Source: the human T2T-CHM13v2.0 reference genome, Homo sapiens. From it: a stretch of DNA of 64,000 bases. The notes under the pieces were generated by a model that had not been told where the DNA came from, searched no databases, and saw only the letters and a program-made list of their open reading frames with translations. The position numbers and the translations under genes are program-made. Positions 1 to 16,500 of the stretch are shown here, one piece after another; the stretch's first letter is position 1; every line of letters begins with the position of its first letter. The stretch is taken from assembly GCF_009914755.1 (NCBI RefSeq), contig NC_060933.1; one strand, given 5' to 3'.

Positions 1-2879
1 GCCATTCCACTCGGGATGATTCCATTCCTTTCCATTCCATTCGGGTTGAATCCATTCCATTCCATTCCATTCCATTCCTTTCCGTATGATTCCATTCCAT
101 TGCATTCCATTCCATTCCATTCCCCTGTACTCGGATGGATTCCATTCTATTCCATTCCATTCCATTCCATTCCATTCCATTCCATTCCATGCCATTCCAT
201 TCCATTCTATTCGGGTTAATTTCATTCCATTCCATTCCATTCCCTTTCATTCCATTCCATTCCTTTCCATTCCATTCCATTGAAATCGAGTTGATTCCAT
301 TCCATTCCATTCCATTCCATTCCATTCCATTCCAATCCATTCCATGCTATTCGGGTTAATTCCATTCCATTCCATTCCATTCCATTCCATTCCATTCCAT
401 TCCATTCCATTCCATTCCATTCCATTCTATTAGGGTTAATTCCATTCCATTCCATTCCATTCCATTCCATTCCATTCCATTCCATTCCATTCCATTTCAA
501 TCGAGTTCATTCCATTCCATTCCATTCCATTCCATTCCATTCCATTCAATTCCTGATGATTCCCTTCCATTGCCTTCCATTCCATTCCATTCCCCTGCAC
601 TCGGGTTGATTCCATTCCATTCCGTTCCATTCCTTTCCATTCCATTCCATTCCATTCCATTTCGTTCCATTCCATTCTATTCCGTACGATTCCATTCCAT
701 TCCATTCAATTCCATTCCATTCCATTCCATTCCATTCCATTCCATGCCATTCCACTCGGGTTGATTCCTTTCCTTTCCATTCCATTCGAGTTGAACCCAT
801 TCCATTCCATTCCATTCGAGTTGAACCCATTCCATTCCATTCCATTCCATTCCATTCCATTCCATTCCATTTCTTTCCATTCCATTCTCTTCCGTAGTAT
901 TCCATTCCATTCCATTCCACTCCATTCCTTGCCATTCCACTCGGGTTTATTCCATTCCTTTCCATTCCATTCGGGTTGAATTCATTCCATTACATTCCAT
1001 TCCATTCCATTCAATTCCATTACATTGCACTCGGGTTTATTCCATTCCATTCCATTCCATTTCAATCCATTCCCTTCCATTCCATTTCATTCCATTCCAT
1101 TCCATTCCATTCCATGCCATTCCACTCTGGTTGATTCCATTCCTTTCCATTCCATTCTAGTTGAACCCATTCCATTCCATTCCATTCCATTCCATTGCAC
1201 ACGGGTTCATTCCATTCCATTCCATTCCATTCCATTCCATTCCATTCCATTTCGTTCCATTCCATTCTATTCCTTACCATTCCATTCCATTCCATTGCCT
1301 TCCGTGCCATTTCACTCGGGTTTATTCCATTCCTTTCCATTCCATTCGGGTTGAATTCATTCCATTCCATTCCATTCCATTCGATTCCAATCCATTGAAC
1401 TCGGGTTGATTCCATTCCATTCCATGCCATTCCATTTCATTCCATTCCATTCCATTCCATTCCATTCCATTCCGTTCCATTCCATTCCATTAGATTCGGA
1501 TTGATTCTTTTTAATTCCCTTACGCTCCATTCCATTCCATTCCATTCAGGTACTTTCTATTCCATTCCATTCCATTCCCCTGCATTCTATTGCACTCTGG
1601 TTGATTGATTCCATTCCATTGCATTCCATTCCATTCCATTCCATTCCCCTGCCCTCGGGTTGATCCCATTGCATTGCATTCCATTCCATTCCATTCCATT
1701 CCATTCCATTCCATTCCATTCCGTTCCATTCCATTCCATTCCATTCTGTTCAGGTTAATTCCATTCCATTCCATTCCCTTCCATTCCGTTCCATTCCATT
1801 CCATTCCATTCTGTTCAGGTTAATTCCATTCCATTCCATTCCATTCCATTCCATTCCATTCCATTCCATCCCATTGCAATCTACTTGATTCCATTGCATT
1901 CCATTCCATTCCATTCCATTCCATTCTATTGCATTCCATTCCATTCCATTCCCCTGCACTCAGATTGATCCCATTCCATCCCATTCCATTCCATTCCGTT
2001 CCATTACATTCCATTCCATTCTATTCGCGTTAATTCCATTCCATTCCATTCCATTACATTCCATTGCAATCGAGTTGATTCCATTCCATTCCGTTCCATT
2101 CCATTCCATTCCATTCCATTTCGTTCCATTCCATTTTATTCTGTACCATTCCATTCCATTCCATTCCATTCCATTCCATGCCATTCCACTCGGGTTGATT
2201 CCATTGCTTTCCATTCCATTTGGGTTGAATCCACTCCATTCCATTCCATTCCATTCCATTCCATTCCATTCCATTCCATTCCATTGCATTCCATTGCACT
2301 AGGTTTGATTCCATTCCACTGCATTCCATTCCATTCCATTCCGTTCCATTCCATTCCATTACATTCGCATTGATTGTATTCAATTCCCTTACACTCCATT
2401 ACATTCCATTCCATTCGGGTGTTTTCCATTCCATTACATTCCATTCCACTCCATTCCATTGCACTCAGGTTGATTCCATTCCATTCCATTCCATTCCATT
2501 CCATTTCGTTCCATTCCGTTCTATTCCGTACCATTCCATTCCATTCCATTCCATTCCATGCCATTCCACTCAGGTTTATTACATTCCTTTCCATTCCATT
2601 CGGGTTGAATCCATTCCATTCCATTCCATTCCATTCCATTCCATTCCATTCCTTTGCACTCGGGTTGATTCCATTCCATTCCCTGCGATTCCATTTCATT
2701 CCATTCCATTCCATTCCATTCCATTCCATTCCATTCCGTTCCATTCCATTCCATTACATTCGGATTGATTGTATTCAATTCCCTTACACTCCATTACATT
2801 CCATTGCATTCGTGTTGTTTCCGTTCCATTACATTCCATTCCACTCCATTCCATTGCACTCAGTTTGATTCCATTCCAT

Positions 2880-3730
2880 TCCATTCCATTCCATTCCATT
2901 CCATTCCATTTCGTTCCATTCCATTCTATTCCGTACCATTCCATTCCATTCCATTCCATGCCATTCCACTCGTGTTGATTCCATTCCTTTCCATTCCATT
3001 CGGGTTGAATCCATTCCATTCCATTCCATTGCATTCCGTTCCTTTCCATTCCCCTGAAATCGGGTGGATTCCATTCTATTCCTTTCCATTCCATTCATTC
3101 CATTCCATTCCATTCCATTTCGTTCCATTCCATTCTATTCCGTACATTTCCATTCCATTCCATTCCATTCCAATCCATGGCATGCCATTCCACTCGGGTT
3201 GATTCCATTCCTTTCCATTCCATTCTAGTTGAATCCATTCCATTGCATTCCATTCAATTCGATTCCATTCAATTGCACACGGGTTCATTCCATTCCATTC
3301 CATTCCATTCCATTCCATTCCATTCCATTCCATTTCGTTCCATTCCATTCTATTCCGTACCATTCCATTCCATTCCATTCCATGCCATTCCACTCGTGTT
3401 GATTCCATTCCTTTCCATTCCATTCGGGTTGAATCCATTCCATTCCATTCCATTGCATTCCGTTCCTTTCCATTCCCCTGCAATCGGGTGGATTCCATTC
3501 TATTCCATTCCATTCCATTCATTCCATTCCATTCCATTCCATTTCGTTCCATTCCATTCTATTCCGTACCTTTCCATTCCATTCCATTCCATTCCAATCC
3601 ATGGCATGCCATTCCACTCGGGTTGATTCCATTCCTTTCCATTCCATTCTAGTTGAATCCATTCCATTGCATTCCATTCCATTCGATTCCATTCAATTGC
3701 ACACGGGTTCATTCCATTCCATTCCATTCC
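2880..3730 (+). repeat. Tandem duplication, unit ~424 bp x2
   Basis: Rare variants recur at a 424-bp offset: ccattcattcc (~3091/~3515), caatccatggcatgcc (3171/3595), ctagttgaatcc (~3225/~3649), cattcaattgcacacggg (~3266/~3690). ORF pairs 3076/3500 and 3177/3601 agree. Confidence 0.85.
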
Positions 3731-6700
3731 ATTCCATTCCATTCCATTCCATTTCATTTCGTTCCATTCCATTCCATTCCGTACCATTCCCTTCCATTAC
3801 ATTCCATTCCACTCCATTCCATCCCATTCCACTCGGATTTATTCCATTCCTTTCCATTCCATTCGGGTTGAATCCATTCCATTCCATTCCATTCCATTCC
3901 ATTCCATTCCATTCCATGCCATTCCACTCGGGTTGATTCCATTCCTTTCCATTCCATTCGAGTTGAACCCATTCCATTCCATTCCATTCCATTCCATTCC
4001 ATTCCATTCCATTCCATTCCATTTGATTCCATTCCACTCGGGTTGATTCCATTCCTTTCCATTCCATTCGGGTTGAAACCATTCCATTCCATTCCATTCC
4101 TTTCGATTCCATTCCATTTCACTCGGGTTGATCCCATTACATTGCATTCCATTCCATTCCATTGCATTCCATTCCGTTCCATTCCATTCCATTATATTCG
4201 TATTGATTCTATTCAATTCCCTTACTCTCCATTACATTCCATTCCATTCGGGTTGTTTCCATTCCATTCCATTCCATTCCACTCCATTCCATTTCAATCG
4301 GGTTGATTCCATTCCATTCCATTGCATTCCATTCCATTTCATTCCATTCCATTCCATTCCATTCCGTATTCCATTCCATTGCATTGCATTCCATTCCATT
4401 CCCCTGCACTCGGTTGGATTCCATTCTATTCCATTCCATTCCATTCCATTCCATTCCATTCCATTCTATTCGGGTTAATTTCATTCCATTCCCTTCCATT
4501 CTATTCCATTCCATTCCATTCCATTCCATTCCATTGAAATCGAGTTGATTCCATTCCATTCCATTCCATTCCATTCCATTCCATTCCATTCCATTCTATT
4601 CGGGTTAATTCCATTCCATTCCATTCCATTCCATTCCCTTCCATTCCATTCCATTCCATTCCATTCCATTCCATTCCATTCCACTCCAATCCATGCCATT
4701 CCACTCGGGTTTATTCCATTCCTTTCCATTCCATTCGGGTTGAATCCATTCCATTCCATTCCATTCCATTCCATTCCATTCCATTCCATTCCATTCCATG
4801 CCATTGCACTCGGGTTGATTCCATTCCTTTCCATTCAATTCGAATTGAACCCATTCCATTCCCTTCCATTCCATTCCATTCCATTCCATTCCATTGCTCA
4901 CGGGTTCATTCCATTCCATTCCATTCCATTCGATTCCATTCCATTCCATTTCGTTCCATTCCATTCTACTCCGTACCATTCCATTCCATTCCATTCCCTT
5001 CCATGCCATTTCACTCGGGTTTATTCCATTCCTTTCCATTCCATTCGGGTTGAATCCATTCCATTCCATTCCATTCCATTCCATTCCATTCCATTCCATT
5101 CCATTGCGCTCGGGTTGATTCCATTCCATTCTATGCCATTCCATTTCATTCCATTCCATTCCATTCCAATCCATTCCATTCCATTCCTTTCCTTTCAATT
5201 CCATTCCATTACATTCGGATTGATTCTTTTTAATTCCCTTACACTCCATTATATTCCATTCCATTCGGGTACTTTCCATTCCATTCCATTCCATTCCACT
5301 GCATTCTATTGCACTCGGGTTGATTGATTCCATTCCATTGCATTCCATTCCATTCCATTCCATTCCATTCCATTCCATTCCATTCTGTTCAGGTTAATTC
5401 CATTCCATTCCATTCCCTTCCATTCCATTCCATTCCATTCCATTCCATTCCATTCCATTCCATGCCATTCCACTCGGGTTGATTCCATTCCTTTCCATTC
5501 CATTCGAGTTGAACCCATTCCATTCCATTCCATTCCATTGCATTCCACTCGGGTTGATTCCATTCCTTTCCATTCCATTCGGGTTGAAACCATTCCATTC
5601 CATTCCATTCCTTTCGATTCCATTCCATTTCACTCGGGTTGATCCCATTCCATTGCATTCCATTCCATTCCATTGCCTTCCATTCCGTTCCATTCCATTC
5701 CATTACATTCGTATTGATTCTATTCAATTCCCTTACTCTCCCTTACATTCCATTGCATTCGGGTTATTTCCATTCCATTCCATTCCATTCCACTCCATTC
5801 CATTGCAGTCGGGTTGATTCCATTCCATTCCATTGCATTCCATTCCATTCCATTCCATTCCGTATGATTCCATTCCATTGCATTCCATTCCATTCCATTC
5901 CCCTGCACTCGGGTGGATTCCATTCTATTCCATTCCATTCCATTCCATTCCATTCCATTCCATTGAAATCGAGTTGATTCCATTGCATTCCATTCCATTC
6001 CATTCCATTCCATTCCATTCCATTCCATTCCATTCTATTTGGGTTAATTCCATTCCATTCCATTCCATTCCATTCTCTTCCATTCCATTCCATTCCATTC
6101 CATTCCATTCCATTCTATTAGGGTTAATTCCATTCCATTCCATTGCATTCCATTCCATTCCATTCCATTCCATTCCATTGAAATCGAGTTGATTCCATTC
6201 CATTCCGTTCCATTCCATTCCATTCCATTCCATTCCGGATGATTCCATTCCACTGCATTCCATTCCATTAAATTCCCCTGCACTTGGGGTGATTCCTTTC
6301 CATTCTATTCCATTCCATTCCTTTCCATTCCATTCAATTCCATTCTATTCGGGTTAATTGCATTCCATTCCATTCCATTCCATTCAATTCCATTCCATTG
6401 CAATCGAGTTGATTCCATTGCATTCCATTCCATTCCATTCCAGTCCTTTCCATTCCATTCCACTCGGGTTGATTCCATTCTATTCCTTTCCATTCCATTC
6501 GATTCCATTCCATTCCACTCTGGTTGATTCCATTCCTTTTCATTCCACTCGAAAACATTCCCTTCTATTCCACTCGGAATGATTCCATTCCATTCCATTT
6601 CGTTCCTTTCCATTCTATTCCGTACCATTCCATTCCATTCCATTCCATTTCATTCCATGCCATTCCACTCGCGTTGATTGCATTCCTTTCCATTCCATTC

Positions 6701-9700
6701 GAGTTAAATCCATTCCAATCCATTCCATTCCATTCGATTCCATTCCATTGCACACGGGCTCATTCCATTCCATTCCATTCCATTCCATTCCATTCCATTC
6801 CATTCCATTTCGTTCCATCACATTCTATTCCGTACCATTCCATTCCATTCCATTCCATTCCACTCCATTCCATGCCGTTCCACTCGGGTTTATTCCTTTC
6901 CTTTCCATTCCATTCGGGTTGAATCCATTCCATTCCATTACATTCCATTCCATTACATTGCACTCGGGTTGATTCCATTCCATTCCATTCCATTACATTT
7001 CATTCCATTCCACTCCATTCCATGCCATTCCACACGGGTTTATTCCATTCCTTTCCATTCCATTCGTGTTGAATCCATTCCATTCCATTCCATTCCATTC
7101 CATTCCATTACACTGCACTCGGGTTGATTCAATTCCATTCCATTCCATTCCATTCCATTCCATTCCATTCCATTCCATTCCATTCCATTCCATTGCACAC
7201 GGGTTCATTCCATTCCATTCCATTCCATTCCATTCCATTCCATTCCATTCCGTTCCATTCCATTCCATTCCATTCTGTTCAGGTTAATTCCATTCCATTC
7301 CTTTCCCTTCCATTCCATTGCATTCCATTGCAATCGAGTTGATTCCATTGCATTCCATTCCATTACATTCCATTGCATTCCATTCCATTCCATTACCCTG
7401 CACTCAGGTTGATACCATTCGATTCCATTCCATTCCATTCCATTCCATTCCGTTCCATTCCATTCCATTCCATTCTATTCGCTTTAATTGCATTCCATTA
7501 CATTCCATTGCTTTCCATTGCAATCGAGTTGATTCCATTCCTTTCCGTTCCATTCCATACCATTCCATTCCATTTCGTTCCATTCCATTCTATTCCGTAC
7601 CATTCCATTCCATTCCATTCCATTCCATTCCGTTCCATTCCATTCCATGCCATTCCACTCTGGTTGATTCCATTGCTTTCCATTCCATTTTGGTTGAATC
7701 CATTCCATTCCATTCCATTCCATTCCATTCCATTCCATTCCATTGCACTAGGTTTGATTCCATTCCACTGCATTCCATTCCATTCCATTCCATTCCGTTC
7801 CATTCCATTCCATTACATTCGGATTGATTGTATTCAATTCCCTTACACTCCATTTCATTCCATTCCATTCGGGTTGTTTCCATACCATTCCATTCCATTC
7901 TATTCCATTGCGTTCCATTCCATTCTATTTGGTACCATTCCATTCCATTCCATTCCATTCCATTCCATGCCATTCCACTTGGGTTGATTCCCTTCCTTTC
8001 CATTCCATTCGGGTTGATTCCATTCCATTGCATTCCATTCCATTCCATTCCATTCCATTCCTTTCCATTCCATTGCACACGGGTTGATTCCATTCCATTC
8101 CTTTCTGTTCCATTCCGGATGACTCCATTCCATTGCATTCCATTCCATTCCATTCCCCTGCACTCGGGTTCATTACATTCCATTCCTTTTACTTCCATTC
8201 CATTCCATTCCATTCAATTCCATTCTATTCGGGTTAATTACATTCCATTCCATTCCATTCCATTCCATTCCATTCCATTCCATTCCATTCCATTGCAATC
8301 CAGTTGATTCCATTCCATTCCATTCAATTCCGGATGATTCCATTCCATTGCCTTCAATTCCATTCCATTCCCCTGCACTCGGGTTGATTCCATTCCATTC
8401 CATTCCATTCCATTCCATTCCATTCCATTTCATTCCATTCCATTTCGTTCCATTCCATTCTATTCCATTCCATTCCATTCCATTCCATTCCATTCCATTC
8501 CTTTCCATTCTATTCGGGTTAATTCCATTCCATTCCATTCCATTCCATTCCATTCCATTCGATTCCATTCCGTTCCATTCAATTCCATTACATTCGGATT
8601 GATTCTTTTTAATTCCCTTACACTCCATTACATTCTATTCCATTCGGGTAGTTTCCATACCATTCCATTCCATTCCACTGCATTCTATTGCACTCGGGTA
8701 GATTGATTCCATTCCATTGCATTCCATTCCATTCCAATCCATTCCGGATGATTCCATTCCATTGCATTCCATTGCTTTCCATTCCCCTGTACTCGGGTTG
8801 ATCCCATTCCATTGCATTCCATTCCATTCCATTCCATTCCATTCCATTCTGTTCCGTTCCATTCCATTCCCTTCCATTCTGTTCAGGTTAATTCTATTCC
8901 ATTCCATTCCCTTCCATTCCATTCCATTCCATTCCATTCCATTGCATTCCACTCGGGTTGATTCCATTCCTTTCCATTCCATTCCATTCGGGTTGAAACC
9001 ATTCCATTCCATTCCATTCCTTTCGATTCCATTCCATTTCACTCGGGTTGATCCCATTCCATTGCATTCCATTCCATTCCATTGCATTCCATTCCGTTCC
9101 ATTCCATTCCTTTACATTCGTATTGATTCTATTCAATTCCCTTACTCTCCATTACATTCCATTCCATTCGGGTTGTTTCCATTCCATTCCATTCCATTCC
9201 ACTCCATTCCATTGCAGTCGGGTTGATTCCATTCCATTCCATTGCATTCCATTCCATTCCATTCCATTCCGTATGATTCCATTCCATTGCATTCCATTCC
9301 ATTCCATTCCCCTGCACTCGGGTTGATTCCATTCTATTCCATTCCATTCCATTCCATGCCATTCCATTCCATTCCATTCCATTCTATTCGGGTTAATTTC
9401 ATTCCATTCCATTCCATTCCCTTCCATTGCATTCCATTCCATTCCATTCCATTCCATTCCATTGAAATCGAGTTGATTCCATTCCATTCCATTCCATTCC
9501 ATTCCATTCCATTCCATTCCATTCTATTCGGGTTAATTCCATTCCATTCCATTCCATTCCATTCCCTTCCATTCCATTCTATTCCATTCCATTCCATTCC
9601 ATTAGGGTTAATTCCATTCCATTCCATTCCATTCCATTCCATTCCATTCCATTAGGGTTAATTCCATTCCATTCCATTCCATTCCATTCCATTCCATTCC

Positions 9701-11149
9701 ATTCCATTGCCATCGAGTTGATTCCATTCCATTCCATTCCATTCCATTCCATTCAATTCCATTGAAATCGGGTTGATTCCATTCCATTCCATGCCATTCC
9801 ATTTCATTCCATTCCATTCCATTCCATTCCATTCCATTCCTTTCCGTTCCATTCTATTACATTCGGATTGATTCTATTCAATTCCCTTACACTCCATTAC
9901 ATTCTATTCCATTCGTGTTGTTTCCATTCTATTCCATTCCATTCCACTCCATTCCATTGCACTCTGGTTGATTCCATTCCATTCCCTTCCATTCCGTATG
10001 ACTCCATTCCATTTCATTCCATTCCATTGCATTCCCCTGCACTCGAGTTGATTACATTCCATTCCATTCCCTTCCTTTCCGTTCCATTCCATTCTATTGG
10101 GGTTAATTCCATTCCATTCCATTACATTCCATTCCCTTCCATTCCTTTCCATTCCATTCCATTCCATTCCATTACATTCGATTCTATTCGGGTTAATTCC
10201 ATTCCATTCCATTGCATTCCATTCCATTCCATTCCATTCCATTCCATTCCTTTGCAATCGAGTTGATTCCATTCCATTCCATTCCATTCCATTCCATTGC
10301 ATTCCGGATGATTCCATTCCATTGCCTTACATTCCATTCCATTACCATGCACTCGGGTTGTTTCCATTCCATTCCATTCCATTCCATTCCATTCCATTCC
10401 ATTTCCTTCCATTCGATTCTATTCCGTACCATTCAATTCCATTCCATTCCATGCCATTCCATTCCATTCCAGTCCATGCCATTCCACTCGGGTTGATTTC
10501 ATTCCTTTCCATTCCATTCGAGTTGTATCCTTTCCATTCCATTCCATTCCATTCGATTCCATTCCATTGCACACGGGTTCATTCTATTCCTTTCCATTCC
10601 ATTCCATTCCATTCCATTCCATTCCATTCCATTTCGTTCCATTCCATTCTATTCCGTACCATTCCATTCCATTCCATTCCATTCCAGTCCATTCCATGCC
10701 ATTCCACTCGGGTTGATTCCATTCCTTTCCATTCCATTTGGGTTGAATCCATTCCATTCTATTCCATTCCATTCGATTCCATTACATTACACTCGGGTTG
10801 ATTCCATTCCATTCCATTCCATTCCATTTCATTCCATTCCATTCCATTCCATTCCATTCCATTCCATTCCATTCCATTCCATTCCATGCCATTCCACTCG
10901 GGTTGATTCCATTCCTTTCCATTCCTTTCGAGTTGAACCCATTACATTCCATTCCATTCCATTCCATTCCATTGCACACGGGTTCATTCCATTCCATTAC
11001 ATTCCATTCGATTTCCTTCTTTTCCATTCTATTGCCTACCATTCCATTCCATTCCATTCCATTCCATGCCATTCCAGTCGGGTTTATTCCATTCCTTTCC
11101 ATTCCATTCGGGTTCAGTCCATTCCATTCCCTTCCATTCCATTCGATTC

Positions 11150-13500
11150 CATTCCATTGCACTCGGGTTGATTCCATTCCATTCCATGCCATTCCATTTC
11201 ATTCCATTCCATTCCATTCCATTCCATTCTATTCCGTTCCATTCCATTCAATTACATTCGTATTGATTCTTTTTAATTTCCTTACACTCCATTACATTCC
11301 ATTCCATTCGGGTACTTTCCATTCCATTCCATTCCATTCCGCTGCATTCTATTGCACTCGGGTTGATTGATTCCATTCCATTGCATTCCATTCCATTCCA
11401 TTCCCCTGAACTCGGGTGGATTCCATTCCGTTCCATTCCATTCCATTCCGTTCCATTCCATTCCATTCCATTCTGTTCAGGTTAATTCCATTCCATTCCA
11501 TTCCCTTCCATTCCATTCCATTCTATTCCATTCCATTCCATTCCATTCCCCTGCACTCAGTTTGATTCCATTCCATTCCATTCCATTCCATTCCATTCCG
11601 TTCCATTCCATTCCAATCCATTCTATTCACATTAATTCCATTCCATTCCATTCCATTACATTCCATTGCAATCGAGTTGATTCCATTCCATTCCATTCCA
11701 TTCCATTCAAGTCCTTTCCATTCCATTCCACTCGTGTTGATTCCATTTTATTAGTTTCCATTCCATTCCATTCCCTTCCATTCCACTCTGGTTGATTCCA
11801 TTCCTTTCCATTCTACTCGATTGCATTCCCTTCTATTCCACTCGGATTGATTCCATTCCATTACGTTCCATTCCATTCCATTTCGTTCCATTCCATTCTA
11901 TTCCATTCCATTCCAATCCATTCCTTTCCATTCCATTCCGTTCCATTCCATTCCATTCCATTCCATTTCTTTCCATTCCATTCTATTCCATACCATTCCA
12001 TTCTATTCCGTTCCATGCCATTCCACTCGGGTTGATTCCATTGCTTTCCATTCCATTTGGGTTGAATCCATTCCATTCCATTCCATTCCATTCCATTCCA
12101 TTCCATTGCACACGGGTTCATTCCATTCTATTCCATTCCATTCCATTCCATTCCATTCCATTCCATTCCATTTCTTTCCATTCCATTCTATTCCTTACCA
12201 TTCCATTCCATTCCATTCCCTTCCATTCAATTTCACTCGGGTTTATTCCATTCCTTTCCATTCCATTCGGGTTGAATCCATTCCATTCCATTCCATTCCA
12301 TTCCATTCCATTCCATTCCATTCCATTGCACTCGGGTTGATTCCATTCCATTCCATGCCATTCCATTTCATTCCATTCCATTCCATTCCATTCCATTCTA
12401 TTCCGTTCCATTCCATTCAATTACATTCGTATTGATTCTTTTTAATTTCCTTACACTCCATTACATTCCATTCCATTCGGGTACTTTCCATTCCATTCCA
12501 TTCCATTCCGCTGCATTCTATTGCACTCGGGTTGATTGATTCCATTCCATTGCATTCCATTCCATTCCATTCCCCTGAACTCGGGTGGATTCCATTCCGT
12601 TCCATTCCATTCCATTCCGTTCCATTCATTCCATTCCATTCTGTTCAGGTTAATTCCATTCCATTCCATTCCCTTCCATTCCATTCCATTCTATTCCATT
12701 CCATTCCATTCCATTCCCCTGCACTCAGTTTGATTCCATTCCATTCCATTCCATTCCATTCCATTCCGTTCCATTCCATTCCAATCCATTCTATTCACAT
12801 TAATTCCATTCCATTCCATTCCATTACATTCCATTGCAATCGAGTTGATTCCATTCCATTCCATTCCATTCCATTCAAGTCCTTTCCATTCCATTCCACT
12901 CGTGTTGATTCCATTTTATTAGTTTCCATTCCATTCCATTCCCTTCCATTCCACTCTGGTTGATTCCATTCCTTTCCATTCTACTCGATTGCATTCCCTT
13001 CTATTCCACTCGGATTGATTCCATTCCATTCCGTTCCATTCCATTCCATTTCGTTCCATTCCATTCTATTCCATTCCATTCCAATCCATTCCTTTCCATT
13101 CCATTCCGTTCCATTCCATTCCATTCCATTCCATTTCTTTCCATTCCATTCTATTCCATACCATTCCATTCTATTCCGTTCCATGCCATTCCACTCGGGT
13201 TGATTCCATTGCTTTCCATTCCATTTGGGTTGAATCCATTCCATTCCATTCCATTCCATTCCATTCCATTGCACACGGGTTCATTCCATTCTATTCCATT
13301 CCATTCCATTCCATTCCATTCCATTCCATTCCATTTCTTTCCATTCCATTCTATTCCTTACCATTCCATTCCATTCCATTCCCTTCCATTCAATTTCACT
13401 CGGGTTTATTCCATTCCTTTCCATTCCATTCGGGTTGAATCCATTCCATTCCATTCCATTCCATTCCATTCCATTCCATTCCATTCCATTCCATTGCACT
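11150..13500 (+). repeat. Tandem duplication, unit ~1168 bp x2
   Basis: Shared rare variants: cgtattgattctttttaatttcc (~11259/~12428), cccctgaactcgggtgg (~11403/~12572), ctactcgattgcattccc (~11813/~12981), ttcaatttcactcggg (~12226/~13389). ORF pairs 11523/12691 and 11792/12960 are offset by 1168. Confidence 0.9.
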
Positions 13501-16500
13501 CGGGTTGATTCCATTCCATTCCATGCCATTCCATTTCATTCCATTCCATTCCATTCCAATCCATTCCATTCCATTCCATTCCATTCCGTTCCATTCCATT
13601 CCATTACATTCGGATTGATTCTTTTTAATTCCCTTACACTCCATTTCATTCCATTCCATTCGGGTACTTTCCATTCCATTCCATTCCTTTCCACTGCATT
13701 CTATTGCACTCGGGTTGATTGATTCCATTCCATTGCATTGCATTCCATTCCATTCCATTCCGGATGACTCCATTCCATTGCATTCCATTCCATTCCATTC
13801 CCCTGCACTTGGGTTGATCCCATTCCATTGCATTGCATTCCATTCCATTCCATTCCATTCCATTCCATTCCATTCCGTTTCATTCCATTCCATTCCATTC
13901 CATTTCATTCCATTCCATTCCATTCCATTCCATTTCATTCCATTTCATTCCGTTTCATGCCATTCCACTCGGGTTGATTCCATTCCTTTCCATTCTATTC
14001 GAGTTGAACCCATTCAATTCCATTCCATTCCATTCCATTCCATTCCATTCCATTGCACACGGGTTCATTCCATTCTATTCCATTCCATTCCATTCCACTC
14101 CATTCCATTCCATTTCTTTCCATTCCATTCTATTCCGTACCATTCCATTCCATTCCATTCCCTTCCATGCAATTTCACTCGGGTTTATTCCATTCCTTTC
14201 CATTCCATTCGGGTTGAATCCATTCCATTCCATTCCATTCCATTCGATTCCATTCCATTGCACTCGGGTTGATTCCATTCCAATCCATGCCATTCCATTT
14301 CATTCCATTCCATTCCATTCCAATCCATTCCATTCCATTCCATTCCGTTCCATTCCATTCCATTACATTTGGATTGATTCTCTTTAATTCCCTTACACTC
14401 CATTTCATTCCATTCTATTCGGGTACTTTCCATTCCAATCCATTCCTTTCCACTGCATTCTATTGCACTCGGGTTGATTGATTCCATTCCATTGCATTCC
14501 ATTCCATTCCATTCCATTCCGGATGACTCCATTCCATTGCATTCCATTCCATTCCATTCCCCTGCACTCGGGTTGATCCCATTCCATTGCATTGCATTGC
14601 ATTCCATTCCATTCCATTCCATTCCATTCCATTCCATTACGTTCCGTTCCATTCCATTCCATTCTGTTCAGGTTAATTCCATTCCATTCCATTCCATTCC
14701 ATCCCATTGCAATCGAGTTGATTCCATTGCATTCCATTCCATTCCATTCCATTGCATTCCATTCCATTCCATTCCCCTGCACTCAGATTGATTCCATTCC
14801 ATTCCATTCCATTCCATTCCATTTCAATCGAGTTGATTCCATTCCATTCCATTCCATTCCATTCCGTTCCATTCTATTCGCGTTAATTCCATTCCATTCC
14901 ATTCCATTCCATTACATTGCAATCGAGTTGATTCCATTCAATTCCGTTCCATTCCATTCCATTCCATTTCGTTCCATTCCATTCTATTCCGTACCATTCC
15001 ATTCCATTCCATTTCATTCCATTCCATTCCATGCCATTCCACTCGGGATGATTCCATTGCTTTCCATTCCATTTGGGTTGAATCCAATCCATTCCATTCC
15101 ATTCCATTCCATTCCATTCCATTCCATTGCACTAGGTATGATTCCATTCCACTGCATTCCATTCCATTCCATTCCGTTCCATTCCATTCCATTACATTCG
15201 GATTGATTGTACTCAATTCCCTTACACTCCATTACATTCTATTCCATTCGAGTTGTTTCCATTCCATTACATTCCATTCCACTCCATTGCATTGCACTCA
15301 GGTTGATTCCATTCCATTCCATTCCATTCCATTCCATTCCATTCCATTTCGTTCCATTCCATTCTATTCCGAACCATTCCATTCCATTCCATTCCACTCC
15401 ATTCCATGTCATTCCAGTCTGGTTGATTCCATTCCGTTCCATTCCATTCGGGTTGAATCCATTCCATTCCATTCCATTCCATTCCGTATGATTCCATTCC
15501 ATTGCATTGCATTCCATTCCATTCCCCTGCACTCGGGTGGATTCCATTCCATTCCATTCCATTCCATTCCATTCCATTCCATTCCATTCCATTAGGGTTA
15601 ATTTCATTCCATTCCATTCCATTCCCTTTCATTCCATTCCATTCCTTTCCATTCCATTCCATTGAAATCGAGTTGATTCCATTCCATTCCATTCCATTCC
15701 ATTCCATTCTATTCGGGTTAATTCCATTCCATTCCATTCCATTACATTCCCTTCCATTCCATTCCATTCCATTCCCTTCCATTCCATTCCATTTCACTCC
15801 ATTCCATTCCATTCCATTCCATTTCATTCCGTTCCATGCCATTCCACTCGGGTTGATTCCATTCCTTTCCATTCTATTCGAGTTGAACCCATTCCATTCC
15901 ATTCCATTCCATTCCATTCCATTTCACACGTGTTCATTCCATTCTATTCCATTCGATTCCATTCCATTCAATTCCATTCCATTCCATTTCATTTCATTCC
16001 ATTCCATTCTATTCTGTACCATTCCATTCCATTCCATTCCCTTCCAAGCCATTTCACTCGGGTTTATTCCATTCCTTTCCATTCCATTCGGGTTGAATCC
16101 ATTTCATTCCATTCCATTCCATTCGATTCCATTCCATTGCACTCGGGTTGATTCCTTTCCATTCCATGCCATTCCATTTCATTCCATTCCATTCCATTCC
16201 AATCCATTCCATTCCATTCCATTCCATTCCATTCCATTCCATTACATTCGGATTGATTCTTTTTAATTCCCTTACACTCCATTTCATTCCATTCCATTCG
16301 GGTACTTTCCATTCCATTCCATTCCTTCCCACTGCATTCTATTGCACTCGGGTTGATTGATTCCTTTCCATTCCATTCCATTCCATTCCATTCCATTCCA
16401 TTCCGGATGACTCCATTCCATTGCATTCCATTCCATTCCATTCCCCTGCACTCGGGTTGATCCCATTCCATTGCATTGCATTGCATTCTATTCCATTCCA

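Noticed and set aside
1595-1615. TGATTGATT and TGATTCTATTCA as DUX4/homeodomain sites
   Set aside because: They only partly match the DUX4 consensus (TAAYYYAATCA) and are too weak to call without data.
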